Source of the DNA: Auanema rhodensis | Lineage: Eukaryota > Animalia > Nematoda | Assembly: GCA_964057225.1 (NCBI GenBank) | Contig: OZ059895.1 | Coordinates: 9,796,001-9,860,000, forward strand | Reading direction: 5' to 3' | Length of the DNA stretch: 64,000 bases | In this document: positions 39,201-54,010 of the stretch, in pieces | How the letters are laid out: every line of letters starts with the position of its first letter | Numbering within the stretch: the stretch's first letter is position 1 | Notes under the pieces: model-generated | Told to the model about the DNA's origin: nothing | The model's database searches: none | Seen by the model: only the letters and a program-made list of their open reading frames with translations | Translations under genes and position numbers: made by a program

Positions 39201-42200
39201 CAACCAAAGGAAAGCAAATTATCTTCAATTTTATTTCTATATTACAGTTATAAACCAGTAGGTAATGAAACCTTCATCTTGAATTTACTGTTTCTATCTA
39301 TTTCCTATCAAAACAAACATTGTTCAAACACTATGCAACTATGAAACCTTTTTTAATTTATTGTATTTGGAGCTCATAAAATTTGATATCATCGAGGGAT
39401 CCAGATGGAACGTGGAAAATTACATAACTAACATGAAATTGGAAAAAAAAGTATAACAAGGATAAGTATGTTAACGATTGAATATCAGATATTTTCGCTT
39501 ACGACCATACCACGTTGAAAGTACGACATACAGCTGATTTTCAATTTTATCTCTTCCGTAACATATGTTTTCAATTTTCAAGCAGTTTTACTTAAATAGC
39601 TCAAACAAAGGAGAGCAAATTATCTTCAATCTTATTTCTATATTACAGTTATAAACCAGTAGTTGTTGAACCTTCATCTTGAATTTACTTATTCTATCTA
39701 TTTCCTATCGAAACAAACATTGTTTAAACACTATACAACTGTGAAACCTTTTTTAATTTATTGTATTTGGAGCTCATAAAATTTGATATCATCGAGGGAT
39801 CCAGATGGAACGTGGAAAATTACATAACTAACATGAAATTGGAGAAAAAAACTATAACGAGGATAAGTAGGTAAACCATTGAATATCAGATATTTTCGCT
39901 TACGACCATACCACGTTGAAAGTACGCCATGCAACTGATTTTCAATTTTATCTTTTCCGTAACAAATGTTTTCAATTTTCAAACAGTTTTACTTAGATAG
40001 CTCAACCGAGGGAAAGCAAATTATCTTCAATTTTATTTCTATATTACAGTTATAAACCAGTAGGTAATGAAACCTTCATCTTGAATTTACTGTTTCTATC
40101 TATTTCCTATCGAAACAAACATTGTTTAAACACTATACAACTGTGAAACCTTTTTTAATTTATTGTATTTGGAGCTCATAAAATTTGATATCATCGAGGG
40201 ATCAAGATGGAAGGTGGAAAATTACATAACTAACATGAAATTGGAGAAAAAAACTATAACGAGGATAAGTAGGTAAACCATTGAATATCAGATATTTTCG
40301 CTTACGACCATACCACGTTGAAAGTACGCCATGCAACTGATTTTCAATTTTATCTTTTCCGTAACAAATGTTTTCAATTTTCAAACAGTTTTACTTAGAT
40401 AGCTCAACCGAGGGAAAGCAAATTATCTTCAATTTTATTTCTATATTACAGTTATAAACCAGTAGGTAATGAAACCTTCATCTTGAATTTACTGTTTCTA
40501 TCTATTTCCTATCGAAACAAACATTGTTTAAACACTATACAACTGTGAAACCTTTTTTAATTTATTGTATTTGGAGCTCATAAAATTTGATATCATCGAG
40601 GGATCAAGATGGAAGGTGGAAAATTACATAACTAACATGAAATTGGAGAAAAAAACTATAACGAGGATAAGTAGGTAAACCATTGAATATCAGATATTTT
40701 CGCTTACGACCATACCACGTTGAAAGTACGCCATGCAACTGATTTTCAATTTTATCTTTTCCGTAACAAATGTTTTCAATTTTCAAACAGTTTTACTTAG
40801 ATAGCTCAACCGAGGGAAAGCAAATTATCTTCAATTTTATTTCTATATTACAGTTATAAACCAGTAGGTAAGGAACCTTCATCTTGAATTTACTTATTCT
40901 ATCCATTTCCTATCGAAACAAACATTGTTCAAACACTATGCAACTATGAAACCTTTTTTAATTTATTGTATTTGGAGCTCATAAGATTTGATATCATCGA
41001 GGGATCAAGATGGAAGGTGGAAAATTACATAACTAACATGAAATTGGAAATAAAACCATAACGGGGATAAGTATGTTAACGATTGAATATCAGATATTTT
41101 CGCTTACGACCATACCACGTTAAAAGTACGCCATACAGCTGATTTTCAATTTTATCTCTTCCGTAACAAATCTTCTCAATTTTCAAGCAGTTCTACTTAG
41201 ATAGCTCAACCAAAGGAAAGCAAATTATCTTCAATTTTATTTCTATATTACAGTTATAAACCAGTAGGTAATGAAACCTTCATCTTGAATTTACTGTTTC
41301 TATCTATTTCCTATCAAAACAAACATTGTTTAAACACTATGCAACTGTGAAACCTTTTTTAATTTATTGTATTTGGAGCTCATAAAATTTGATATCATCG
41401 AGGGATCCAGATGGAACGTGGAAAATTACATAACTAACATGAAATTGGAAAAAAAAGTATAACAAGGATAAGTATGTTAACGATTGAATATCAGATATTT
41501 TCGCTTACGACCATACCACGTTGAAAGTACGCCATACAGCTGATTTTCAATTTTATCTTTTCCGTAACAAATGTTTTCAATTTTCAAGCACTTTTACTTA
41601 GATAGCTCAACCAAAGGAAAGCAAATTATCTTCAATTTTATTTCTATATTACAGTTATAAACCAGTAGGTAATGAAACCTTCATCTTGAATTTACTGTTT
41701 CTATCTATTTCCTATCGAAACAAACATTGTTCAAACACTATGCAACTATGAAACCTTTTTTAATTTATTGTATTTGGAGCTCATAAAATTTGATATCATC
41801 GAGGGATCCAGATGGAACGTGGAAAATTACATAACTAACATGAAATTGGAAAAAAAAGTATAACAAGGATAAGTATGTTAACGATTGAATATCAGATATT
41901 TTCGCTTACGACCATACCACGTTGAAAGTACGACATACAGCTGATTTTCAATTTTATCTCTTCCGTAACATATGTTTTCAATTTTCAAGCAGTTTTACTT
42001 AAATAGCTCAAACAAATGAGAGCAAATTATCTTCAATCTTATTTCTATATTACAGTTATAAACCAGTAGTTGTTGAACCTTCATCTTAACTTTACTGTTT
42101 CTATCTATTTCCTATCAAAACAAACATTGTTTAAACACTATGCAACTGTGAAACCTTTTTTAATTTATTGTATTTGGAGCTCATAATATTTGATATCATC

Positions 42201-44460
42201 GAGGAATCCAGATGGAAGGTGGAAAATTACATAACTAACATGAAATTGGAAAAAAAAGTATAACAAGGAGAAGTATGTTAACGATTGAACATCAGATATT
42301 TTCGCTTACGACCATACCACGTTAAAAGTACGCCATACAGCTGATTTTCAATTTTATCTTTTCCGTAACAAATGTTTTCAATTTTCAAACAGTTTTACTT
42401 AGATAGCTCAACCGAGGGAAAGCAAATTATCTTCAATTTTATTTCTATATTACAGTTATAAACCAGTAGGTAATGAAACCTTCATCTTGAATTTACTGTT
42501 TCTATCTATTTCCTATCGAAACAAACATTGTTTAAACACTATACAACTGTGAAACCTTTTTTAATTTATTGTATTTGGAGCTCATAAAATTTGATATCAT
42601 CGAGGGATCAAGATGGAAGGTGGAAAATTACATAACTAACATGAAATTGGAGAAAAAAACTATAACGAGGATAAGTAGGTAAACCATTGAATATCAGATA
42701 TTTTCGCTTACGACCATACCACGTTGAAAGTACGCCATACAGCTGATTTTCAATTTTATCTTTTCCGTAACAAATGTTTTCAATTTTCAAACAGTTTTAC
42801 TTAGATAGCTCAACCGAGGGAAAGCAAATTATCTTCAATTTTATTTCTATATTACAGTTATAAACCAGTAGGTAATGAACCTTCATCTTGAATTTACTTA
42901 TTCTATCCATTTCCTATCAAAACAAACATTGTTCAAACACTATGCAACTATGAAACCTTTTTTAATTTATTGTATTTGGAGCTCATAAGATTTGATATCA
43001 TCGAGGGATCAAGATGGAAGGTGGAAAATTACATAACTAACATGAAATTGGAAATAAAACCATAACGGGGATAAGTATGTTAACGATTGAATATCAGATA
43101 TTTTCGCTTACGACCATACCACGTTAAAAGTACGCCATACAGCTGATTTTCAATTTTATCTCTTCCGTAACAAATCTTCTCAATTTTCAAGCAGTTCTAC
43201 TTAGATAGCTCAACCAAAGGAAAGCAAATTATCTTCAATTTTATTTCTATATTACAGTTATAAACCAGTAGGTAATGAAACCTTCATCTTGAATTTACTG
43301 TTTCTATCTATTTCCTATCAAAACAAACATTGTTTAAACACTATGCAACTGTGAAACCTTTTTTAATTTATTGTATTTGGAGCTCATAAAATTTGATATC
43401 ATCGAGGGATCCAGATGGAACGTGGAAAATTACATAACTAACATGAAATTGGAAAAAAAAGTATAACAAGGATAAGTATGTTAACGATTGAATATCAGAT
43501 ATTTTCGCTTACGACCATACCACGTTGAAAGTACGCCATACAGCTGATTTTCAATTTTATCTTTTCCGTAACAAATGTTTTCAATTTTCAAGCACTTTTA
43601 CTTAGATAGCTCAACCAAAGGAAAGCAAATTATCTTCAATTTTATTTCTATATTACAGTTATAAACCAGTAGGTAATGAAACCTTCATCTTGAATTTACT
43701 GTTTCTATCTATTTCCTATCGAAACAAACATTGTTCAAACACTATGCAACTATGAAACCTTTTTTAATTTATTGTATTTGGAGCTCATAAAATTTGATAT
43801 CATCGAGGGATCCAGATGGAACGTGGAAAATTACATAACTAACATGAAATTGGAAAAAAAAGTATAACAAGGATAAGTATGTTAACGATTGAATATCAGA
43901 TATTTTCGCTTACGACCATACCACGTTGAAAGTACGACATACAGCTGATTTTCAATTTTATCTCTTCCGTAACATATGTTTTCAATTTTCAAGCAGTTTT
44001 ACTTAAATAGCTCAAACAAAGGAGAGCAAATTATCTTCAATCTTATTTCTATATTACAGTTATAAACCAGTAGTTGTTGAACCTTCATCTTAACTTTACT
44101 GTTTCTATCTATTTCCTATCAAAACAAACATTGTTTAAACACTATGCAACTGTGAAACCTTTTTTAATTTATTGTATTTGGAGCTCATAATATTTGATAT
44201 CATCGAGGAATCCAGATGGAAGGTGGAAAATTACATAACTAACATGAAATTGGAAAAAAAAGTATAACAAGGAGAAGTATGTTAACGATTGAACATCAGA
44301 TATTTTCGCTTACGACCATACCACGTTAAAAGTACGCCATACAGCTGATTTTCAATTTTATCTCTTCCGTAACAAATCTTTTCAATGTTCAAGCACTTTT
44401 ACTTAGATAGCTCAACCAAAGGAAAGCAAATTATCTTCAATTTTATTTCTATATTACAGT
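27225..44460. repeat. Domain dominated by a 2,004-bp 5-monomer higher-order repeat marked by GGATCAAG (BamHI loss) and GGAAATAAAACCAT
   Basis: ORF pairs 27375/29379, 36193/38197 and 40604/42608 are each 2004 bp apart. The recurring order is GGAGAAA+GGATCAAG, GGAAATAAAACC, plain, ACGACATA, CATAATAT/GAGGAATCC. Confidence 0.85.
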
Positions 44461-46864
44461 TATAAACCAGTAGGTAATGAAACCTTCATCTTGAATTTAC
44501 TGTTTCTATCTATTTCCTATCAAAACAAACATTGTTTAAACACTATGCAACTGTGAAACCTTTTTTAATTTATTGTATTTGGAGCTCATAAAATTTGATA
44601 TCATCGAGGGATCCAGATGGAACGTGGAAAATTACATAACTAACATGAAATTGGAAAAAAAAGTATAACAAGGATAAGTATGTTAACGATTGAATATCAG
44701 ATATTTTCGCTTACGACCATACCACGTTGAAAGTACGCCATACAGCTGATTTTCAATTTTATCTTTTCCGTAACAAATGTTTTCAATTTTCAAGCACTTT
44801 TACTTAGATAGCTCAACCAAAGGAAAGCAAATTATCTTCAATTTTATTTCTATATTACAGTTATAAACCAGTAGGTAATGAAACCTTCATCTTGAATTTA
44901 CTGTTTCTATCTATTTCCTATCGAAACAAACATTGTTCAAACACTATGCAACTATGAAACCTTTTTTAATTTATTGTATTTGGAGCTCATAAAATTTGAT
45001 ATCATCGAGGGATCCAGATGGAACGTGGAAAATTACATAACTAACATGAAATTGGAAAAAAAAGTATAACAAGGATAAGTATGTTAACGATTGAATATCA
45101 GATATTTTCGCTTACGACCATACCACGTTGAAAGTACGCCATACAGCTGATTTTCAATTTTATCTTTTCCGTAACAAATGTTTTCAATTTTCAAGCACTT
45201 TTACTTAGATAGCTCAACCAAAGGAAAGCAAATTATCTTCAATTTTATTTCTATATTACAGTTATAAACCAGTAGGTAATGAAACCTTCATCTTGAATTT
45301 ACTGTTTCTATCTATTTCCTATCAAAACAAACATTGTTCAAACACTATGCAACTATGAAACCTTTTTTAATTTATTGTATTTGGAGCTCATAAAATTTGA
45401 TATCATCGAGGGATCCAGATGGAACGAGGAAAATTACATAACTGAAATGAAATTGGAAAAAAAAGTATAACAAGGATAAGTATGTTAACGATTAAATATC
45501 AGATATTTTCGTTTACGACCATACCACGTTGAAAGTACGCCATACAGCTGATTTTCAATTTTATCTTTTCCGTAACAAATGTTTTCAATTTTCAAGCAGT
45601 TTTACTTAAATAGCTCAAACAAAGGAGAGCAAATTATCTTCAATCTTATTTCTATATTACAGTTATAAACCAGTAGTTGTTGAACCTTCATCTTAACTTT
45701 ACTGTTTCTATCTATTTCCTATCAAAACAAACATTGTTTAAACACTATGCAACTGTGAAACCTTTTTTAATTTATTGTATTTGGAGCTCATAAAATTTGA
45801 TATCATCGAGGGATCCAGATGGAACGTGGAAAATTACATAACTAACATGAAATTGGAAAAAAAAGTATAACAAGGATAAGTATGTTAACGATTGAATATC
45901 AGATATTTTCGCTTACGACCATACCACGTTGAAAGTACGCCATACAGCTGATTTTCAATTTTATCTTTTCCGTAACAAATGTTTTCAATTTTCAAGCACT
46001 TTTACTTAGATAGCTCAACCAAAGGAAAGCAAATTATCTTCAATTTTATTTCTATATTACAGTTATAAACCAGTAGGTAATGAAACCTTCATCTTGAATT
46101 TACTGTTTCTATCTATTTCCTATCGAAACAAACATTGTTCAAACACTATGCAACTATGAAACCTTTTTTAATTTATTGTATTTGGAGCTCATAAAATTTG
46201 ATATCATCGAGGGATCCAGATGGAACGTGGAAAATTACATAACTAACATGAAATTGGAAAAAAAAGTATAACAAGGATAAGTATGTTAACGATTGAATAT
46301 CAGATATTTTCGCTTACGACCATACCACGTTGAAAGTACGACATACAGCTGATTTTCAATTTTATCTCTTCCGTAACATATGTTTTCAATTTTCAAGCAG
46401 TTTTACTTAAATAGCTCAAACAAAGAAGAGCAAATTATCTTCAATCTTATTTCTATATTACAGTTATAAACCAGTAGTTGTTGAACCTTCATCTTAACTT
46501 TACTGTTTCTATCTATTTCCTATCAAAACATCATTGTTTAAACACTATACAACTGTGAAACCTTTTTTAATTTATTGTATTTGGAGCTCATAATATTTGA
46601 TATCATCGAGGAATCCAGATGGAAGGTGGAAAATTACATAACTAACATGAAATTGGAAAAAAAAGTATAACAAGGAGAAGTATGTTAACGATTGAACATC
46701 AGATATTTTCGCTTACGACCATACCACGTTAAAAGTACGCCACACAGCTGATTTTCAATTTTATCTCTTCCGTAACAAATCTTTTCAATTTTCAAGCACT
46801 TTTACTTAGATAGCTCAACCAAAGGAAAGCAAATTATCTTCAATTTTATTTCTATATTACAGTT

Positions 46865-49800
46865 ATAAACCAGTAGTTGTTGAACCTTCATCTTAACTTT
46901 ACTGTTTCTATCTATTTCCTATCAAAACATCATTGTTTAAACACTATACAACTGTGAAACCTTTTTTAATTTATTGTATTTGGAGCTCATAATATTTGAT
47001 ATCATCGAGGAATCCAGATGGAAGGTGGAAAATTACATAACTAACATGAAATTGGAAAAAAAAGTATAACAAGGAGAAGTATGTTAACGATTGAACATCA
47101 GATATTTTCGCTTACGACCATACCACGTTAAAAGTACGCCACACAGCTGATTTTCAATTTTATCTCTTCCGTAACAAATCTTTTCAATTTTCAAGCACTT
47201 TTACTTAGATAGCTCAACCAAAGGAAAGCAAATTATCTTCAATTTTATTTCTATATTACAGTTATAAACCAGTAGGTGATGAAACCTTCATCTTGAATTT
47301 ACTGTTTCTATCTATTTCCTATCAAAACAAACATTGTTTAAACACTATGCAACTGTGAAACCTTTTTTAATTTATTGTATTTGGAGCTCATAAAATTTGA
47401 TATCATCGAGGGATCCAGATGGAACGTGGAAAATTACATAACTAACATGAAATTGGAAAAAAAAGTATAACAAGGATAAGTATGTTAACGATTGAATATC
47501 AGATATTTTCGCTTACGACCATACCACGTTGAAAGTACGCCATACAGCTGATTTTCAATTTTATCTTTTCCGTAACAAATGTTTTCAATTTTCAAGCACT
47601 TTTACTTAGATAGCTCAACCAAAGGAAAGCAAATTATCTTCAATTTTATTTCTATATTACAGTTATAAACCAGTAGGTAATGAAACCTTCATCTTGAATT
47701 TACTGTTTCTATCTATTTCCTATCGAAACAAACATTGTTCAAACACTATGCAACTATGAAACCTTTTTTAATTTATTGTATTTGGAGCTCATAAAATTTG
47801 ATATCATCGAGGGATCCAGATGGAACGTGGAAAATTACATAACTAACATGAAATTAAAAAAAAAAGTATAACAAGGATAAGTATGTTAACGATTGAATAT
47901 CAGATATTTTCGCTTACGACCATACCACGTTGAAAGTACGCCATACAGCTGATTTTCAATTTTATCTTTTCCGTAACAAATGTTTTCAATTTTCAAGCAC
48001 TTTTACTTAGATAGCTCAACCAAAGGAAAGCAAATTATCTTCAATTTTATTTCTATATTACAGTTATAAACCAGTAGGTAATGAAACCTTCATCTTGAAT
48101 TTACTGTTTCTATCTATTTCCTATCAAAACAAACATTGTTCAAACACTATGCAACTATGAAACCTTTTTTAATTTATTGTATTTGGAGCTCATAAAATTT
48201 GATATCATCGAGGGATCCAGATGGAACGAGGAAAATTACATAACTGAAATGAAATTGGAAAAAAAAGTATAACAAGGATAAGTATGTTAACGATTAAATA
48301 TCAGATATTTTCGTTTACGACCATACCACGTTGAAAGTACGCCATACAGCTGATTTTCAATTTTATCTTTTCCGTAACAAATGTTTTCAATTTTCAAGCA
48401 CTTTTACTTACATAGCTCAACCAAAGGAAAGCAAATTATCTTCAATTTTATTTCTATATTACAGTTATAAACCAGTAGATAATGAACCTTCATCTTGACT
48501 TTACTGTTTCTATCTATTTCCTATCGAAACAAACATTGTTTAAACACTATACAACTGTGAAACCTTTTTTAATTTATTGTATTTGTAGCTCATAAAATTT
48601 GATATCATCGAGGGATCCAGATGGAAGGTGGAAAATTACATAACTAACATGAAATTGGAAAAATAACTATAACGGGGATAAGTATGTTAACGATTGAATA
48701 TCAGATATTTTCGCTTACGACCATACCAAGTTGAAATTACGCCATACAGCTGATTTTCAATTTTATCTCTTCCGTAACATATGTTTTCAATTTTTAAGCA
48801 GTTTTACTTAAATAGCTCAACCAAAGGAGAGCAAATTATCTTCAATCTTATTTCTATATTACAGTTATAAACCAGTAGTTGTTGAACCTTCATCTTAACT
48901 TTACTGTTTCTATCTATTTCCTATCAAAACAAACATTGTTTAAACACTATACAACTGTGAAACCTTTTTTAATTTATTGTATTTGGAGCTCATAATATTT
49001 GATATCATCGAGGGATCCAGATGGAAGGTGGAAAATTACATAACTAACATGAAATTGGAAAAAAAAGTATAACAAGGAGAAGTATGTTAACGATTGAATA
49101 TCAGATATTTTCGCTTACGACCATACCACGATGAAAGTACGCCATACAGCTGATTTTCAATTTTATCTCTTCCGTAACATATGTTTTCAATTTTCAAGCA
49201 CTTTTACTCAGATAGCTCAACCAAAGGAAAGCAAATTATCTTCAATTTTATTTCTATATTACAGTTATAAACCAAAAGATAATGAACCTTCATCTTGACT
49301 TTACTGTTTCTATCCATTTCCTATCGAAACAAACATTGTTTAAACACTATGCAACTATGAAACCTTTTTTAATTTATTGTATTTGGAGCTCATAAGAATT
49401 GATATCATTGAGGGATCCAGATGAAACGTGGAAAATTACATAACTAACATGAAATTGGAAAAAAAAACTATAACGGGGATAAGTATGTTAACGATTGAAT
49501 ATCAGATATTTTCGCTTATCGCTATATCACGTTGAAAGTATGCCATACAGCAGATTTTCAATTTTATCTCTTCCGTAACATATGTTTTCAATTTTCAAGC
49601 AGTTTCACTTAAATAGCTCAACCAAAGGAGAGCAAATTATCTTCAATCTTATTTCTATATTACAGTTATAAACCAGTAGTTGTTGAACCTTCATCTTAAC
49701 TTTACTGTTTCTATCTATTTCCTATCGAAACAAACATTATTCAAACACTATGCAACTATGAAACCTTTTTTAATTTATTGTATTTGGAGCTCATAAAATT

Positions 49801-52800
49801 TGATATCATTGAAGGATCCAGATGAAACGTGGAAAATAACATAACTAACATGAAATTGGAAAAAAAAGTATAACGAGGATAAGTAGGTAAACCATTGAAT
49901 ATCAGATATTTTCGCTCACGACCATACCACGTTGAAAGTACGCCATACAGCTGATTTTCAATTTTATCTCTTCCGTAACATATGTTTTCAATTTTCAAGC
50001 AGTTTTACTTAAATAGCTCAAACAAAGGAGAGCAAATTATCTTCAATCTTATTTCTATATTACAGTTATAAACCAGTAGTTGTTGAACCTTCATCTTAAC
50101 TTTACTGTTTCTATCTATTTCCTATCAAAACATCATTGTTTAAACACTATACAACTGTGAAACCTTTTTTAATTTATTGTATTTGGAGCTCATAAAATTT
50201 GATATCATCGAGGGATCCAGATGGAACGTGGAAAATTACATAACTAACATGAAATTGGAAAAAAAAGTATAACAAGGATAAGTATGTTAACGATTGAATA
50301 TCAGATATTTTCGCTTACGACCATACCACGTTGAAAGTACGCCATACAGCTGATTTTCAATTTTATCTTTTCCGTAACAAATGTTTTCAATTTTCAAGCA
50401 CTTTTACTTAGATAGCTCAACCAAAGGAAAGCAAATTATCTTCAATTTTATTTCTATATTACAGTTATAAACCAGTAGGTAATGAAACCTTCATCTTGAA
50501 TTTACTGTTTCTATCTATTTCCTATCGAAACAAACATTGTTCAAACACTATGCAACTATGAAACCTTTTTTAATTTATTGTATTTGGAGCTCATAAAATT
50601 TGATATCATCGAGGGATCCAGATGGAACGTGGAAAATTACATAACTAACATGAAATTGGAAAAAAAAGTATAACAAGGATAAGTATGTTAACGATTGAAT
50701 ATCAGATATTTTCGCTTACGACCATACCACGTTGAAAGTACGACATACAGCTGATTTTCAATTTTATCTCTTCCGTAACATATGTTTTCAATTTTCAAGC
50801 AGTTTTACTTAAATAGCTCAAACAAAGGAGAGCAAATTATCTTCAATCTTATTTCTATATTACAGTTATAAACCAGTAGTTGTTGAACCTTCATCTTAAC
50901 TTTACTGTTTCTATCTATTTCCTATCAAAACATCATTGTTTAAACACTATACAACTGTGAAACCTTTTTTAATTTATTGTATTTGGAGCTCATAATATTT
51001 GATATCATCGAGGAATCCAGATGGAAGGTGGAAAATTACATAACTAACATGAAATTGGAAAAAAAAGTATAACAAGGAGAAGTATGTTAACGATTGAACA
51101 TCAGATATTTTCGCTTACGACCATACCACGTTAAAAGTACGCCATACAGCTGATTTTCAATTTTATCTCTTCCGTAACAAATCTTTTCAATTTTCAAGCA
51201 CTTTTACTTAGATAGCTCAACCAAAGGAAAGCAAATTATCTTCAATTTTATTTCTATATTACAGTTATAAACCAGTAGGTGATGAAACCTTCATCTTGAA
51301 TTTACTGTTTCTATCTATTTCCTATCAAAACAAACATTGTTTAAACACTATGCAACTGTGAAACCTTTTTTAATTTATTGTATTTGGAGCTCATAAAATT
51401 TGATATCATCGAGGGATCCAGATGGAACGTGGAAAATTACATAACTAACATGAAATTGGAAAAAAAAGTATAACAAGGATAAGTATGTTAACGATTGAAT
51501 ATCAGATATTTTCGCTTACGACCATACCACGTTGAAAGTACGCCATACAGCTGATTTTCAATTTTATCTTTTCCGTAACAAATGTTTTCAATTTTCAAGC
51601 ACTTTTACTTAGATAGCTCAACTAAAGGAAAGCAAATTATCTTCAATTTTATTTCTATATTACAGTTATAAACCAGTAGGTAATGAAACCTTCATCTTGA
51701 ATTTACTGTTTCTATCTATTTCCTATCGAAACAAACATTGTTCAAACACTATGCAACTATGAAACCTTTTTTAATTTATTGTATTTGGAGCTCATAAAAT
51801 TTGATATCATCGAGGGATCCAGATGGAACGTGGAAAATTACATAACTAACATGAAATTAAAAAAAAAAGTATAACAAGGATAAGTATGTTAACGATTGAA
51901 TATCAGATATTTTCGCTTACGACCATACCACGTTGAAAGTACGCCATACAGCTGATTTTCAATTTTATCTTTTCCGTAACAAATGTTTTCAATTTTCAAG
52001 CACTTTTACTTAGATAGCTCAACCAAAGGAAAGCAAATTATCTTCAATTTTATTTCTATATTACAGTTATAAACCAGTAGGTAATGAAACCTTCATCTTG
52101 AATTTACTGTTTCTATCTATTTCCTATCAAAACAAACATTGTTCAAACACTATGCAACTATGAAACCTTTTTTAATTTATTGTATTTGGAGCTCATAAAA
52201 TTTGATATCATCGAGGGATCCAGATGGAACGAGGAAAATTACATAACTGAAATGAAATTGGAAAAAAAAGTACAACAAGGATAAGTATGTTAACGATTAA
52301 ATATCAGATATTTTCGTTTACGACCATACCACGTTGAAAGTACGCCATACAGCTGATTTTCAATTTTATCTTTTCCGTAACAAATGTTTTCAATTTTCAA
52401 GCACTTTTACTTAGATAGCTCAACCAAAGGAAAGCAAATTATCTTCAATTTTATTTCTATATTACAGTTATAAACCAGTAGATAATGAACCTTCATCTTG
52501 ACTTTACTGTTTCTATCTATTTCCTATCGAAACAAACATTGTTTAAACACTATACAACTGTGAAACCTTTTTTAATTTATTGTATTTGTAGCTCATAAAA
52601 TTTGATATCATCGAGGGATCCAGATGGAAGGTGGAAAATTACATAACTAACATGAAATTGAAAAAATAACTATAACGGGGATAAGTATGTTAACGATTGA
52701 ATATCAGATATTTTCGCTTACGACCATACCAAGTTGAAATTACGCCATACAGCTGATTTTCAATTTTATCTCTTCCGTAACATATGTTTTCAATTTTTAA

Positions 52801-54010
52801 GCAGTTTTACTTAAATAGCTCAACCAAAGGAGAGCAAATTATCTTCAATCTTATTTCTATATTACAGTTATAAACCAGTAGTTGTTGAACCTTCATCTTA
52901 ACTTTACTGTTTCTATCTATTTCCTATCAAAACAAACATTGTTTAAACACTATACAACTGTGAAACCTTTTTTAATTTATTGTATTTGGAGCTCATAATA
53001 TTTGATATCATCGAGGGATCCAGATGGAAGGTGGAAAATTACATAACTAACATGAAATTGGAAAAAAAAGTATAACAAGGAGAAGTATGTTAACGATTGA
53101 ATATCAGATATTTTCGCTTACGACCATACCACGATGAAAGTACGCCATACAGCTGATTTTCAATTTTATCTCTTCCGTAACATATGTTTTCAATTTTCAA
53201 GCACTTTTACTCAGATAGCTCAACCAAAGGAAAGCAAATTATCTTCAATTTTATTTCTATATTACAGTTATAAACCAAAAGATAATGAACCTTCATCTTG
53301 ACTTTACTGTTTCTATCCATTTCCTATCGAAACAAACATTGTTTAAACACTATGCAACTATGAAACCTTTTTTAATTTATTGTATTTGGAGCTCATAAGA
53401 ATTGATATCATTGAGGGATCCAGATGAAACGTGGAAAATTACATAACTAACATGAAATTGGAAAAAAAAACTATAACGGGGATAAGTATGTTAACGATTG
53501 AATATCAGATATTTTCGCTTATCGCTATATCACGTTGAAAGTATGCCATACAGCTGATTTTCAATTTTATCTCTTCCGTAACATATGTTTTCAATTTTCA
53601 AGCAGTTTCACTTAAATAGCTCAACCAAAGGAGAGCAAATTATCTTCAATCTTATTTCTATATTACAGTTATAAACCAGTAGTTGTTGAACCTTCATCTT
53701 AACTTTACTGTTTCTATCTATTTCCTATCGAAACAAACATTATTCAAACACTATGCAACTATGAAACCTTTTTTAATTTATTGTATTTGGAGCTCATAAA
53801 ATTTGATATCATTGAGGGATCCAGATGAAACGTGGAAAATAACATAACTAACATGAAATTGGAAAAAAAAGTATAACGAGGATAAGTAGGTAAACCATTG
53901 AATATCAGATATTTTCGCTCACGACCATACCACGTTGAAAGTACGCCATACAGCTGATTTTCAATTTTATCTCTTCCGTAACATATGTTTTCAATTTTCA
54001 AGCAGTTTTA
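46865..54010. repeat. Higher-order repeat with a 4,003-bp (10-monomer) period; a further partial copy at ~60480-63060
   Basis: Markers GGTGATGAA, AAATTAAAAAAAAA, GGAACGAGG, CCAAGTTGAAATT, ACGATGAA, ACCAAAAGAT and TTATCGCTAT recur at +4003, and the ORFs at 49756/53759 share the offset. The later markers recur again at 61.4-62.9 kb. Confidence 0.88.
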
